Below, piece after piece: positions 12,967 to 26,096 of a DNA stretch of 64,000 nucleotides (positions are counted from its first letter, which is position 1; every line of letters starts with the position of its first letter). The notes beneath the pieces were generated by a model that ran no database searches, was not told the DNA's origin, and worked only from the letters and a program-made list of their open reading frames with translations. The position numbers and the translations under genes are program-made. The stretch is from Mobula hypostoma (Eukaryota), in assembly GCF_963921235.1 (NCBI RefSeq), contig NC_086117.1, positions 17,980,001 to 18,044,000 on the forward strand, in the 5' to 3' direction.

Positions 12967-14495
12967 GTGTAAACCGTTTTCTAGCCTTACTTTCAAGCAC
13001 CTCACACAAAATGCTGGAGTAACTCGGCAGTTCAGTTATTGAGGGGAATAAACAGCAGATGTTTTGGGAGTCCAGGTGAGAGGCCTTGACTTGAAATGTT
13101 GACTGTTTGTTTCTCTCCATAGATGCTGCCTGACTTGCTGAGTTCCTCCAGCATCTTTTGTGTGTTGCTCAGGATTTGTACAAAATCTTTTCTGTTTACT
13201 TTTGAACACATCTGCTTGTCTTGTTAAGCTTCTTGTTACATGGATCATTGTTTGAGATGGTGAAGCTCAGTGATTGCCTGATGGAGGCAAATAAAAGAAA
13301 CAGCTAAATGTTTTATTAATGACACTTTTCTGCTGAACGATCGCCACAAGCAATTGACTGTAACTTCCCTGCTGGAGTTGAACTTTTGAACCACCTGTGC
13401 GACCTGGCAGTGGCGACTGAAGTCTCGAAGATGCAGGATGGCTGTGGCAAGGTGTGTGCGAGTCCAATCGAAGTGGTGGCTTCCGGACCGGAGAGTGGGG
13501 AATGAGCCAATGTTTGGCCATTCCTGGAGCGAACTTGGAAGCAATTTGATTTGGCAGGATCGAGGCGATGCAGAGTCGAGGTGGCAGGATCTGGGCCCGG
13601 GCCTGAGAGCGAGGAAAGCCCCGAGGTTTGATTGATTTAAGTGCCAAGTCGAATTGGGAAAGTAGAGTACGGACCGAATTGAGGTGGCAGGGCACAGGCC
13701 CAAGAGCGTATCTAGGCAGCAGGATCTGGCTCTGAGAGCAAGGTCTGGACGATTTAAGCACTGGACCAGATTGAAAAGGACAGGGGCCGGAGGCGAGGCA
13801 TGGGCTGGTTCAAATCATTGCTCCACAGTTTACTCGTCTCCACGCTGAACTTCATTTTGTGGGTACTTGGGTGCCCAGTGAACTCAGAGTGGAAACCATA
13901 AACACTTCTATGAATGAGATTGGTAATGGTTGACTGTGTGACCAGGTGGGTAGTTGTGAGGTGCTTCCATCAATTCCACAGCATCCTTATGTTCTTCTGA
14001 CATGGCTTCCAAGTTCTTGATGCTGGAAGTTCCCCTCCACTTTCAGCTGGCATAGATCAGAAAGGCCCCAGGGTTGGTAGGGATCTTGCGTTTCTTCACA
14101 GTGGCTTTGAGCAACCTCTTGGATTATTTCCTCTTCAGGAGAAAAATTCTGACGATCAAAATAGCACGTATCTAATGAAGGGTCCGAAACATTTACTCCC
14201 CTCCGTAGATACTGTTTGCTTGCTGAGTTCCTCGAGCATGTGCTCAAGACTTCCAGCATCTGCAGAATCCCTTGTATTTATGGTATCTGAGATCCTGGTA
14301 ATACAAACAAGAGATTGTTCCAGTGTAACTTTACAGGCTATTTATGTTACCAGTTTAGTCACTAGAATAACAGAACATAAATGCATGCCCTCCTGCTGAC
14401 ACCCTGGCCAGTGGAAAGAGACCTTGTTTAATTTAAGTGATTTATTGTCCTGAAAGTCTGTTACAAAAATTCAAGTTTCTTTTTCATGACTAAGC

Positions 14496-14916
14496 TGTCG
14501 CAATGTGCGCTGGCGATATTGGAACCCAAGTGCAGAGGAAAATCGAACTCTGAAGTAGAGGTGGTGATGAAGGTTTATTCATAATAATTCCAAAAGAACA
14601 TCAGTGGCTTAATGGATTGACAACGCGAGAAGTAACATTCTCAAAACTAGCACCCTGCTATTAGCGCTAATCAGACTTCCACTTAAGTAATACAAGTAAC
14701 ACAGAACCCCCACGTCTATCAAAATAAACTTAACAAATCTAAACGGAAAGCACCAGGACATTGTATTACAAAGAGCAAGTCACTCAAGAAAAAACACAGG
14801 GAACTTTAAATGGTTAATAACTTTCATTAAACAACAATTAATTAATTCAGGTGCTCCAAGAACCTGGAAGCCCAGTGCTCTCCGGCACCCCACACAGGCC
14901 TGAAGAGCTCATTACA
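14496..14916. mobile_element. Solo-LTR-like insertion (421 bp)
   Basis: TGT...ACA termini; perfect 6-bp duplication ctaagc at 14490-14495 and 14917-14922. Confidence 0.65.
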
Positions 14917-16553
14917 CTAAGCAATTAATCTCTACTAGAATTTATACTCAGCAGCATGCATTCTGTTAAGGGCCCCAAGCAGGAGGGTGCTTTCTGCTCT
15001 CATGCCAGCATCTTTAACGACACCTTCTATCCCTTTGTCATAAGACTTTTGAAGGATCCTCTTACACACTAAAGATAAACTTTTGATTTCTCAGTGTACT
15101 TTATTTTGACCCTGGCACTTCATTTGTCTAACTGCACTGCACAGTCTGGATGACATGCAAAGTTTTTTTTTCCCCAATGTATCTTGGTACATATGACAAC
15201 AATAAACTAACTAACCCGATTACCAGATGTTTCTGCATCCTTCACAAGACAATGCCTGGAACTGGAATAGAAGCAAGGAGTCTTTGATGCTGAGGAAGAA
15301 GTGGTGCTCCCAGGCACCATGTGGTCTTGTTTGCCACATGCACTCTGACTTCTCAGGGTCTTGTGAATAACAAATGCTAAGCTGTGCCGGATTCTGCACA
15401 TGCTGTGTGCTAGTTCTCAGATGCGACTTCATTGGACACGTGTCTGACTGTACACTCAGTGGCCACTTTATTACATAGCTTCCCCACTCTGATGTTTTGT
15501 CTGAACAACAACTGAACCTCTTGACCATGTCTGCGTGCTTCTATGCACGGAGTTGCTGCCATATGGTTAGCTGTTTAGATATTTGATTAATGAGCAGGTG
15601 TACAGGCACACCTAATAAGGGTAGGCACTGAGCCATATTTACAATTGTATAGAAATTACTGCTGTTGAAATGCCCACCAGCCCTGTCATTGGACAGAACA
15701 AAGGCTCCCTCACCATCTGTCAATACAGCTGTGGCTGAACCTGTTGCTGCCTGCAAAAGTTGTCAGGTGTCTATTTACCGAACTCTAATGCTTGTTTCCT
15801 TCACTGAATAAATCAAATAAAAAGTACTATATCAAAGAACATTCCTTTACAAAGCAGGATATTTAGTTGCTTTGTGCTCTGACTTCAGCTGAACTTTTGT
15901 TCTCAGATTTGTAAGACTTCCAGATAATGATGAGGTTTGAATGCACTTGCATTTCTTGTTCAAAAAGTTGCAGTTTACCTGCAAATGGAAACTTGTTCTC
16001 TTTGCTGCTTTCATAGTTGATGACCTGCCCGCTTTCATTTTTTGTTCATGCTTGTAGATTGGATGTGGAAATGACAGAGAGGTAGGGTGGGATTGGCGGT
16101 CTTAGGTAGGGACAGAGAATGGAGTTGGTGGAAGATATGGTTGACACTGTATGAAAAGAGGATGCACTCATGGATTCTTGTGCTGGTGAAGATAATGGGC
16201 TGTAGTGCTGACTTCCCCATCACAGGTTCTCAGGTCTGTTATAGCACACAATAACTCTACATTAAAGTGCGTGCAGTGCACCCTAGGGCCCTGAGACACA
16301 AACTCAGAGGAAACAACTTGCAAGCTTAACAAATTTGTTCTCTCTATGGACCAATTTCGCAATACGTTTCCATGCAAATAGAGGCAGGTTAGTTTGCCAA
16401 ATGGACCATCCGAGATAGGGACATCTCTCGCTTCAGTCTGGCTTTATTCGAATTTTGGTCTGAAAATGAATATTGTGGTAACTTAATACTGTGTAACTCT
16501 ACTCATGCCTGTATAATTCCAGCACGATTTTATTTTATATCCGATGTACAAAG

Positions 16554-17326
16554 TGGTATGTTTTGTAACTTCAAAATATTAAATTAATTCAAAGAGAGTC
16601 ATGGGAGTCCAAAATATGGGTCTGGTTTTGCCTACTTCAAGTGAGGCGTGTACATATCACGTGGTAACATGATGATGTATGCGATGAGCATATTTTTACA
16701 CTTAGCTCATTATGAACTATTTAAATGAACAAGAGTGCTTAATCAACCATACATACACACAGGTTGAAGAAGTTCGGTATGGGCCCCCAAATTCTAAGAA
16801 CTTTCTACAGGGGCACAATTGAGAGCATCCTGACTGGCTGCATCACTGCCTGGCATGGGAACTGTACTCCCTTAATTGCAGGACTCTGCAGAGAGTGGTG
16901 CGGACAGCCCAGCGCATCTGTAGTTGTGAACTTCCCATGATACGGGACGTTCACAAAGACGGGTGTGAAAAAAGGGCAGGAAGGATCACTGGGGACCCCA
17001 GTCACCCCAACCACAATCTATTCCAGCCGCTACCATCCGGGAAACGGTACCGCAGCATAAAAGCCAGGACCAACAGGCTCCGGGACAGTTTCTTCCACCA
17101 GGCCATCAGACTGATTAACTCACGCTGACTTGAGTGTATTTCTATGTTGCATTGACTGTTCTATTTATTATAAATTACTATGATTGCACATGGCACATTT
17201 AGATAGAGACATAAGGTAAAGATTTTTACTCATGTATGTGAACGATATAAGAAATAAAGTCAATTCAATTCAATATATATGTATACAAGATTACTAAAAT
17301 ATTGTTGAAATATTAAATACACAACA
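16554..17326. mobile_element. Solo-LTR-like element carrying a nested Rex1/Babar LINE fragment
   Basis: TG...CA termini; perfect 5-bp TSD caaag at 16549-16553 and 17327-17331. Confidence 0.6.
16762..17273 (+). mobile_element. Rex1/Babar LINE 3' fragment
   Basis: FYRGTIESILTGCITAW..., DPSHPNHNLFQPLPSGKRYRSIKARTNRLRDSFFHQAIRLIN; (CAATT)n tail. Confidence 0.85.
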
Positions 17327-17369
17327 CAAAGCACTTATCTCATGAATTGCCTGTGTTCTATCCTTCCAG

Positions 17370-17497
17370 GTACACAGTCTTGCCATCGGGGTCACTCAGG
17401 ATCTGGGATGCCAGGGTGTCTGACAGTGGTCTGTACCGATGCTCTGCTATCAACAGAGTTGGAAATGCCTCACTGACATTGCAACTCGTTATTCATG
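17370..17497 (+). CDS. HMCN2: Hemicentin exon (128 nt, phase 2-1): RYTVLPSGSLRIWDARVSDSGLYRCSAINRVGNASLTLQLVIH
   Basis: Acceptor tccttccag, donor gtgagc; C-terminal half of an Ig domain (DSGLYRC). Confidence 0.93.
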
Positions 17498-18425
17498 GTG
17501 AGCGTTACTTATCCCAGCCTACTTTACTTCCCCTTCATTTTCCTGCCTCCCTGAAGGTGTGGGTTTGTGTTTGGTCTTCGCTTCCATGGGTGTGTGAGTG
17601 CCTGCCTACAAACTACAGCCACTGTGCCCATCACTTCTTGCTGCCTGGTCCAAATTATTCTTCCTGCTTGAGTTGAGGCGATTTATCATAGATTTTTTGG
17701 GAGTTTGGCAAATTGTAAAAGGAGCAACAAATGCTGGAGGAATTCAGCAGGTCAGGCAGCTTCTATGGAAATGAATACCGGGCGATGTTTTGGGCCAAGA
17801 CGTTTCTTCAGGACCGAGGAGGAAAGGGGAAGATGCCAGAATAAAATGGCGTTGGGGGGCAGAGAAGGAGGGGAAGGAGGTGGAAGCCAAGTGGGTGTGA
17901 AAGTTCAAGGGCTGGAGAAGAAGGAATCTGAGAGAAAAGGAGAACAGACCATCGGAGAAAGGGACACAAGAGAAGTGATAGGTAGGTGAGAAAAGTGAGA
18001 AAAAGACGCTACTGCATCTTATGATCTAATACCTCCTGAGGCATAGGGCTGGGTGTGTTGCCCTCTCCTTCTGAGTGAAGCAGGAGACTCCACTTATTAC
18101 GGCTGATGTTACTTGGCAATTGGGTGGCCATGTTTCTAGACTGGGGTTTTTCTCCATCATTGGATGCTTTTCTGTGGGGCCTGTAGTCATGGACAAGGTT
18201 AACCTGCTCTCTTCAGGTCACGGAATCTCCTTAGCTGCAGGGACCAGGGATATATCGTCATCAACCAGTATAGGAAATATGAGAAACTGTAGACTGGATG
18301 TTCTGCTGCTGAATTTGGGAATGAGGATTACAGAGACTTCTGATTCATGAGACAATTAAGCTGGTAGAGTCTATACATTATACATTTTCTCTTTTATTTA
18401 CTGTCATTCATTTTCCTTTTCCTAG

Positions 18426-18698
18426 TTCCTCCCAAGATCCATCCTTCGCATCATCTCCTGAAAGCAGGGGTTGGTCAGTCAGTGGACCTTCCCTGTGTGG
18501 CACACGGTGACCCAACTCCAAAGATCAGATGGTACAGGAATGGTGAAGCCCTGCTGCAGGGTGCCAGGGACTCCCTGGATGGACCCGATGGCTCGGTCAG
18601 CATTGAAGACGTGGAGCTGTCTGACACCGGAGTATATCGTTGTGTTGCGACCAACAGCGTTGGACATGATGTGATTGATATGACACTGTTAGTGTTGG
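18426..18698 (+). CDS. HMCN2: Hemicentin exon (273 nt, phase 1-1), whole Ig domain VPPKIHPS...DTGVYRCVATNSVG...LLVL
   Basis: Acceptor cttttcctag, donor gtaggt; both Ig cysteines and core Trp present. Confidence 0.95.
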
Positions 18699-21659
18699 GT
18701 AGGTGTGCATTCAGACCATTAACTGTATGGCCCAGATTTGAGGATGAAACATACGAGGGTTTCGGTCTGAAACGCCAACTCTTTTCCTTGATGCTGCCTG
18801 GCCTGCTGGGTCACTCTAGCATTTTGTGTGTGTTGAATGATTTGTCTTGTTCTCCCATATATATTTTATTTTTAATTATTTAAGAGTTGCAACACATTAG
18901 CAGGCTCTTTTGGCCCAATGACCCGCACTGTCTAATTACACCCATGTGACCAATCAACCTACTAATCCACACGCCTTCAGACTACGGGAGAAAACTGGAT
19001 CACCAAGAGGAAACGCACATGGTCACAGGGAGAATGGACAAACTACTTACAGACATTGACGGGAATTGGAGCCAGATCACTGACACTGTGATAACGTTAG
19101 ACTAACCGCTACGCCACCACGCCACTTCAATATGTGGACCTTTTATACGAAGAATGAAGACTAGATAAAATGTCTCATCCCGTTCACTTTCTCCTGTTCA
19201 TTTGTGATTCCCTGCATTTAAAAGTATATTGTTTCCACTCCACTTGACACCAGAGCAGTCCAGAGCACTCTCCATGAGACCATAAGACATAGGAACCATT
19301 CAGCCCATCGAGTCTGCTCCGCCATTCCATCATGGCTGATCCCAGAACCCACTCAACCCCATACACCTGCCTTCTCGCCATATCCTTTGATGCCCTGATT
19401 GATCAGGAAATGATCAACTTCTGCCTCAAATATACCCACGGACTTGGCCTCCACTGCACCTATGGCAGAGCATTCCACAGATTTACTACTCTCTGGCTAA
19501 AAAGAATTCCTCCTTACCTCTATTCTAAAGGGTCGCCCCCCCCCCGCAATTTTGAGGCGATACCCTCTAGTTCTGGATACCCCCACCAAAGGAAACATAG
19601 GTCACTCCTCACCCTCTCCTTGAACCTGAGGTTATTTGGAGAATGCATCCTAACTTGTACTAAAGCCTGTTTCCCCCATTGTTGCATGGTTGATAGGCTA
19701 CACCAGCTCTCATTTAAGCATTGCCTCAGATTTAAAATGTTTATCCTTATTTTCTTTCTTGGCCCTTATTTATCTTTGTCATTTCTTCCAACATTTTAAC
19801 TACAATGTGTGTGCTCTCCTCTAATTCTGGTCTTCGCTAACCTTCAAATCTAATCTGTGTGGTGTTAAGCTTCTATTTCCTCTGTTACATCTAATACACG
19901 TTGTCCAAGCCTTTGGTCATCTGCCCCCATTTCTGCTCCAGTGGCTCAGTGCCAATTTTTATTTGTTAACGTTACCATGTAGGACATTGGATGGTATGTT
20001 ATGTTAAAGGAGGACAGACAGTGGAAATATGATGTTGATGTGACCTTCTGGAGAGAAGAGAGAAAATAGATGAAACTGAGAAAAACTTGCAGAGAAAAAT
20101 ATGCGAAAATCCTATCCAACTTAGCTTTGGCAATTGAAATGACTTCAACTGAGCCCTTTCTGACCTATATAGAACGTAGAGGTCGATGAGCCCAGTTACT
20201 GAACAGGGGCAGGTCCTACCTTCCAGTATGTTGGGCCAAAGCAACTACACTGATGGCATACAATTAAACCAATCCCTTCTGCCCGCATATGGTCCCTCTC
20301 TCTCCATTCTCTGCACATTCACATGCCTCCCTAAGAGCTTGTTAAACACCTCTATCGTATGGAGGCCCACCTTGCCTCATTGCATAAACATTTATCAACA
20401 TCACAGATGGTTCCTTTTTGAGATTGAGGGGGTATCCCGAAGGTTTCCAGAGGCAGCTGTAGCTCTACGGCTGGAACAGCTGCCACGCCAGCTTTGTTGT
20501 TCCTTTTCGCGCCTCGTGGTGCATTGGGTGGCACTTTTTTATGCCATACCTTTGGCATTTGTCTATTTTTTACAAGCCTGAGTTGCTAGCTCGACACTCA
20601 ACCCAGCACGGATGGTAAGTTATGTAAGGGGCCGGCTGGATTTGAACCCTGGACCATTTGCCTTGAATCCCTGTACTGATGCCACTACGCCGCCGGCCAG
20701 CTTAACCTCTGTTTAGTTGCACTTCTTTTGTGACCTTTCTAACAAAGTTATTTCACACGCTGGGCAAGGCACTGAGGCACAGCTAGCGGAGATGCTGCCC
20801 CACAGCGCGAGAGAGGTGAGAGCAATCCTAACCTCTGGTATTGTGCCTCTAGAGTTTGCATGCCCTCCATGTGGTCATGCCATTTCCCTCTGGGTTCTCT
20901 GGTTCCTTCCCACATCCCACCCACGTGCAGGCTGGTTGGACACTGTAAATTGTCTGATAGAATCTGGGGCAGAGAGCGCAGGGGTTAATGAAGAGTCGGT
21001 GTAAATGGATAGTTAATCGTTAGACTGGCTGAATGGATTAAAGTGCTGTATCTCTTTATAACCTGAGTAATAAAACATCATGGTACCTTTGTGATTTTAT
21101 CCCTGAGAAAACCGTTCCATCATAGAACATAGAACACGATAGCACAGTACAGGCCCTTCGGCCCTCAGTGTTGTGCTGACCTTTTAACTTACTCTATGAA
21201 CAAGCGAATCCTTCCCTCCTACATAGTCCTCCACTTTTCTATCATTCATGTGCCGAAGAGTTTCTTATTCTGCATGTTCCTGGTGTACCTGCCGCCACCC
21301 ACCGCCCCGGCAGTCCGTTTCATGCACCTGCCACTCTCTGTGTGAAAAGACAGACCTCTGACATCTCCTAAACTTTCCTGGATGGCAAATGCCAAAGTAA
21401 GACATGCCTCTGGCTTTGAATTCCTCCACATCAGCTGCCTGTTAGTGCCCATTGATCCTGATCAAATGACACCACGGGCTTCAACCTTCCCTTTCGGACA
21501 GCCCTCCGCTTCTGCTGCACACGGTCACTTCAGCAGATGGCTACAGAGTGGTTTAAAAACACAAACACGAGGAAATCTGTAGATGCTAGAATTTCAAGCA
21601 ACACACATAAAGGTTGCTATGAACGCAGCAGGCCGGGCAGCATCCATAGGAAGAGGTAC

Positions 21660-21695
21660 AGTCGACGTTTCGGGCCAAGACCCTTCGTCAGGACT
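21660..21695 (-). ncRNA. Minimal hammerhead ribozyme motif, intact core
   Basis: Reverse complement: agtc CTGACGA a gggtcttggccc GAAA cg TC gact. Confidence 0.7.
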
Positions 21696-22379
21696 AACTG
21701 AAAGAAGAGATAGTAAAAGATTTGAAAGTGGGAGGGGGAGGGAGAGATCCGAAATGATAGGAGAAGACGGGAGGGGGAGGGATGGGGCCAAGAGCTGGGA
21801 AGTCGATTGGCAAAAGGGATACAAGGCTGGAGAAGGGAGAGGATCATGGGACGGGAGGCCTAGGGAGAAAGAAAGGGGGAGGGGAGCCCAGAGGATGGGC
21901 AAGGAGTTATTGAGACAGGGACAGAGGGAGAAAAAAAAGAGAAAAAGGGGGTAATAAATAAATACATATATACATACATACATACACAAATAAATAAGGG
22001 ATGGGGTATGAGGGGGAGGTGGGGCATTAGCAGAAGTTTGAGAAGTCAATGTTCATGCCATCAGGTTGGAGGCTACCCAGACGGAATATAAGGTGTTGTC
22101 CCTCCAACCTGAGTGTGGCTTCATCTTGACAGTAGAGGAGGTCGTGGATGGACATATCAGAATGGGAATGGGACATGAAATTAAATAGGCTCCCCCCACC
22201 TTTCTTTCTCCCTAGGCCTCCCGTCCCATGATCCTCTCCCTTCTCCAGCCTCGTATCCCTTTTGCCTATCAACTGTCCAGCTCTTGGCTCCATCCCTCCC
22301 CCTCCTGTCTTCTCCTATCATTTTGGATCTCCCCCTCCCCCTCCCACTTTCAAATCTCTTACTAGCCCTTCTTTCAGTT

Positions 22380-22415
22380 AGTCCTGACGAAGGGCCTCGG
22401 CCTGAAACGTCGACT
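22380..22415 (+). ncRNA. Minimal hammerhead ribozyme motif, intact core (predicted cleavage after C22411)
   Basis: agtc CTGACGA a gggcctcggcct GAAA cg TC gact. Confidence 0.65.
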
Positions 22416-22719
22416 GTACCTCTACCTATAGATGCTGCCTGGCCTGCTGTGTTCACCAGCATTTTTTGTGTGTGTTACAGAGTGGTTTAAGGTGCTTTCA
22501 GTCATCCTTGTGACAAGGTGAAGTATCAGATGCAGGAGAGAATGAAGACAGGAAGATCAGTTACATCTCTCCACAAACGTTTTCGTGTTTATTTACTGTA
22601 ATTCAGTTTTTTTCTATTATTATCATGTATCGCATTGTACTGCTGCCGCAAAGTTAACAAATTTCACGCTATGTATCTGTGATATTAAACCTGATTCTGA
22701 CATTTAATGGAAATTGTTC

Positions 22720-23570
22720 TACTAAACTGATTGTGATTCACTTTGGAAGGTCAAACAAGGTGGAATACAGGGTCAATGCCAAGATTGTTAACAGTGTGAA
22801 CACACAGAGGGGATCTCGGGGTTCACACCCATAGATCCACAGATCAATAGGGTGGTTAAGAAGGCATATGGTACGTTGGCCTTCAATGGACAGGGGACTG
22901 ACTTCAAGAGCTGTGAGGTAATGTTACAGCGCTGTAAAACTCAGGTTAAGGTTTCAGCCAAAACACCGACTGCACATTTTTCCATGGATGCCGCTCGGCC
23001 TGCTGAGGTCCTTCAGCATTTTGTGTGTAAAACTCAGGTTAGAGCTGGTTGGGTTTGGTGCTCAGTTCTGGTCACCTCGTTATCGGAAGGATGTGGAAGC
23101 TTTATAGAGGGTGCAGAGGAGACCTACCAGCGTGCTGCCCGGATTCGAAAGCATATCTTGGTTGGGCATGCTGTGGCTTTATCCTTTGGAGAGAAGGAGG
23201 ATGAGAGATAACCTGATAGAGGTATACAAGATGATAAGAGGCATAAATCGAGTGGGTAGCCAGAGACATTTCCCCACAGCAGGAATACTGTATGAGGGTC
23301 ATAACTTTAAGGTGTAGTGAGGAGTGTATGGGAGGGGGCTGGGTGTCAGAGACAGTTTTTCACACAGTGAGTGGTGGGTGCATGGAACATGCTGCCAGGA
23401 GGGGTAGTACAGGCAGGGACATTTAAGAGAGTCATAGATAGGTACATGGATGAAAGGAAAATGGAGGGCTATATGGGAAGGAAGGGTTAGATTGTTCTTG
23501 GAGTAGATTAAAAGGTTGGCAGAACATTGTGGGGCTAAGTGTCTGCACTGTGCTGTTCTTTTCTATGTTC
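22720..23570 (+). mobile_element. Degraded CR1 LINE 3' part, interrupted by a 77-bp pLTR fragment (22949-23025)
   Basis: VKKAYGTLAF..., LERRRMRDNLIEVYKMIRG; 16-bp TSD tgtaaaactcaggtta at 22933-22948 and 23026-23041. Confidence 0.75.
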
Positions 23571-23701
23571 CATGTCAGGGGTACCCCACTACCCAACCTA
23601 CGGTCCCGGACCCCTTGGTTAATGGCAGGTGTCCATGGCATGAAAAATGTTCAGAACCATTCTGAAGCAAAATAATTAATTCAATGTTCTTGTTTCATCA
23701 G

Positions 23702-23791
23702 AGCCGCCATTTTTTGCTGAAGATGACCCTTTTCATGCTGAACAGGAACGACTGGCGAAGGAGAAGGTTATTCTTGCCTGCCCAGCTGGAG
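23702..23791 (+). CDS. HMCN2: Hemicentin exon (90 nt, phase 1-1): EPPFFAEDDPFHAEQERLAKEKVILACPAGG
   Basis: Acceptor tgtttcatcag, donor gtaggc; supplies the first Cys for the domain completed by the next exon; absent from ORF track. Confidence 0.88.
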
Positions 23792-25223
23792 GTAGGCCTT
23801 AACCCTGTCAGAGATCATATTTCTGAATTTAACCAGCAGACAGATCTGTACTGAGCACGGAGGCTTGACAGAAGCAGCAGGCTCGTTAATCAGCCAGAGC
23901 AAGGCCTCAATACCACAGTTCCTTGCCAGCAAAGCTTGGGAGCCGTCACTTGATGCTAGGTAGGTGTCCTGAGAGAGTTAGGAGACAGGAGCAGGATAGA
24001 TCTACCTCTTGAGGCCCCAAGAGCACCGTCTGATCCAAAATGAGCAGAAGAAACCATTTTTGGCTTGAGTTCTGTTGGAAGCCTCACCTGGCTTGGCCAA
24101 GAGCCTCTGGCAGAATAGGCTTGAGACACCAAATAGTCCTACTCCTGGTTAAAATGGGGCAGGATGTGTTTGCAGAGTAGGGTATCACACTGTCTTTATT
24201 TTAACCGTCTACAGTGCAAGGGTTTAAAATTTGCCAGTTTGGTTGTGGGGTTTTTTGCAGAGTGTATGTTTCCATAAATGCTAAAACAGTTTGGAGCGGT
24301 TACTGGAACAGCAGACCAAAACTGCTGAGAGACTGAGTGAGGGATTACGACACTGTGTGACGCGCTTCCAGATCACTGAGATCCAAGTTGAAAGAAGTAC
24401 ATTCGATCCTTTATTCCAAAATCAGCAAAGACAAATAACCTTCATTAACGATATTGGCAAAACGAGCGGAATTAGTGATGTGAGCGAAGTTAGAGCAGCC
24501 AAATTAGCGGTCAACAAAAAAATATTCATTTCCTGTCTCACCCCCAACCCTAACTAAGCTAACGAGGACAAAGTGTGAATACGTAACTACACTCATTTGT
24601 TTCTACCACGCCCCAGCCCGTGTGACAAATTACCGTAACCCATAATAAAAACTCGCAACACAAAGTACAATGTAGCAGACAGAGAATCAATACACAGTGA
24701 ACTGGAACGTTGCAAGGCAGTTGAGGGGCCAGTGTCACCTTGAGCTGGCTGGCTTTTATACATCCGACATTGAGCAAACACCAGTAAAACACTAATTACG
24801 TGGGGAGACAGAACTGAGGATTGATCTGTTTGCAACCGAGATAGTGGAGTGGAGATATGATAGAGGTTAATCAAAATAATGATAGGTTTAGATAGAATAA
24901 GCAGGGTGAAACTAATCCCATTGATAGGAGGATTATTAAACTGAGGACAGAGATTTAAGATTACACAAGATTTATGGGCTGTTTGGACCAACAACCCATA
25001 TTGGTGAACCAAATTGATTGGATAAAACGAGTGTAAGAAGGGATGTTATACTACACTGAACAAAACGATCTGGAAGCAGGTTCAACCACTGTTTCCAAAT
25101 AGAATTAAATCTGTAGGTCACAGTTTAAGGTGAATTTATTATGAAAGAATGTAAGTGTCACCATATACTGTTGTGACTGTGAACAAAGTTACTGGAGAGA
25201 CACTGAAGGTGGTGGATATAGAC

Positions 25224-25989
25224 CAGGGGTCCCCAACCTTTTTTGCACCGCACCGGTTTAATATTGACAATATTCTTGCGGACCGGCCAACCGGTTGGCT
25301 GGGGGGGGGGAGGTGCTCAAGTAGGGTTAAACTCACCTCAACATGTCTTTTACAGTTAGGGTTGCCAACTTTCTCACTCCCAGATAAGGGACAAAAGTAG
25401 CAGTCAAATCCCGGGACACTTTACCCCAGGAAAGACTACTATGACCGACCATGAAGCCTTGCGCGGGCACCTGACGTGCGCATGTGACGTGTGTATGCGC
25501 GTATGTGCCAATTTTTCCCCCCCACCAATCGGTTTTCCCTTCATCTTCCCGACTATACTGTACATACATTATTTCTACTTTATATAGGCTTTGTATTTGT
25601 CACATCATTCGTGCTTTTACTATATGTTAGTGTTATTTATTTTCGGTTTTATGTATTATTTGGTATGATTTGTTAGGTTATTTTTTGGGTCTGGGAACAC
25701 TCAAAAAATTTTCCCATATAAATTAATGGTAATTGCTTCTTCGCTTTACGCCATTTCGGCACGAAAGGTTTCATAGGAACACTCTACCTTACCGGGGGAA
25801 ATACGGGACAAGGGCGGTCCCGTATGGGACCAACCAATTTAGCCCAATATACAGGATGTCCTGGCAAATACGGGACAGTTGGCACCCCTATGTTCAAGTT
25901 CAACAGTGTGTGACAGGGAATGAGGAAAGGTGCAGCTGACTCGTATCATTTCCTCACATGCTTTGCGGCCAGGTGGTTGGGGACCGCTG
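25224..25989. mobile_element. hAT (Charlie-like) MITE enclosing a TAGGGTTGCCAACT-ended element (25357-25890)
   Basis: TIRs caggggtccccaacc/ggttggggaccgctg; 8-bp flanks atatagac/atatagag. Confidence 0.75.
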
Positions 25990-26096
25990 ATATAGAGGTC
26001 TTTATTTAACAACATGAACAACAGGCATCATAACCAAAACACTCTTGGAAGAAGAGGCCTCCTAAACTCAAAGTACGTCACATTTTTATACCCTTA

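Larger units (their letters stand above)
21557..22475. mobile_element. Penelope-like element 3' fragment with inverted pLTR (minus arm to ~22185, plus arm ~22188-22475)
   Basis: Same GIY-YIG C-terminus on minus strand; 15-bp TSD tacagagtggtttaa at 21542-21556 and 22476-22490. Confidence 0.88.
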
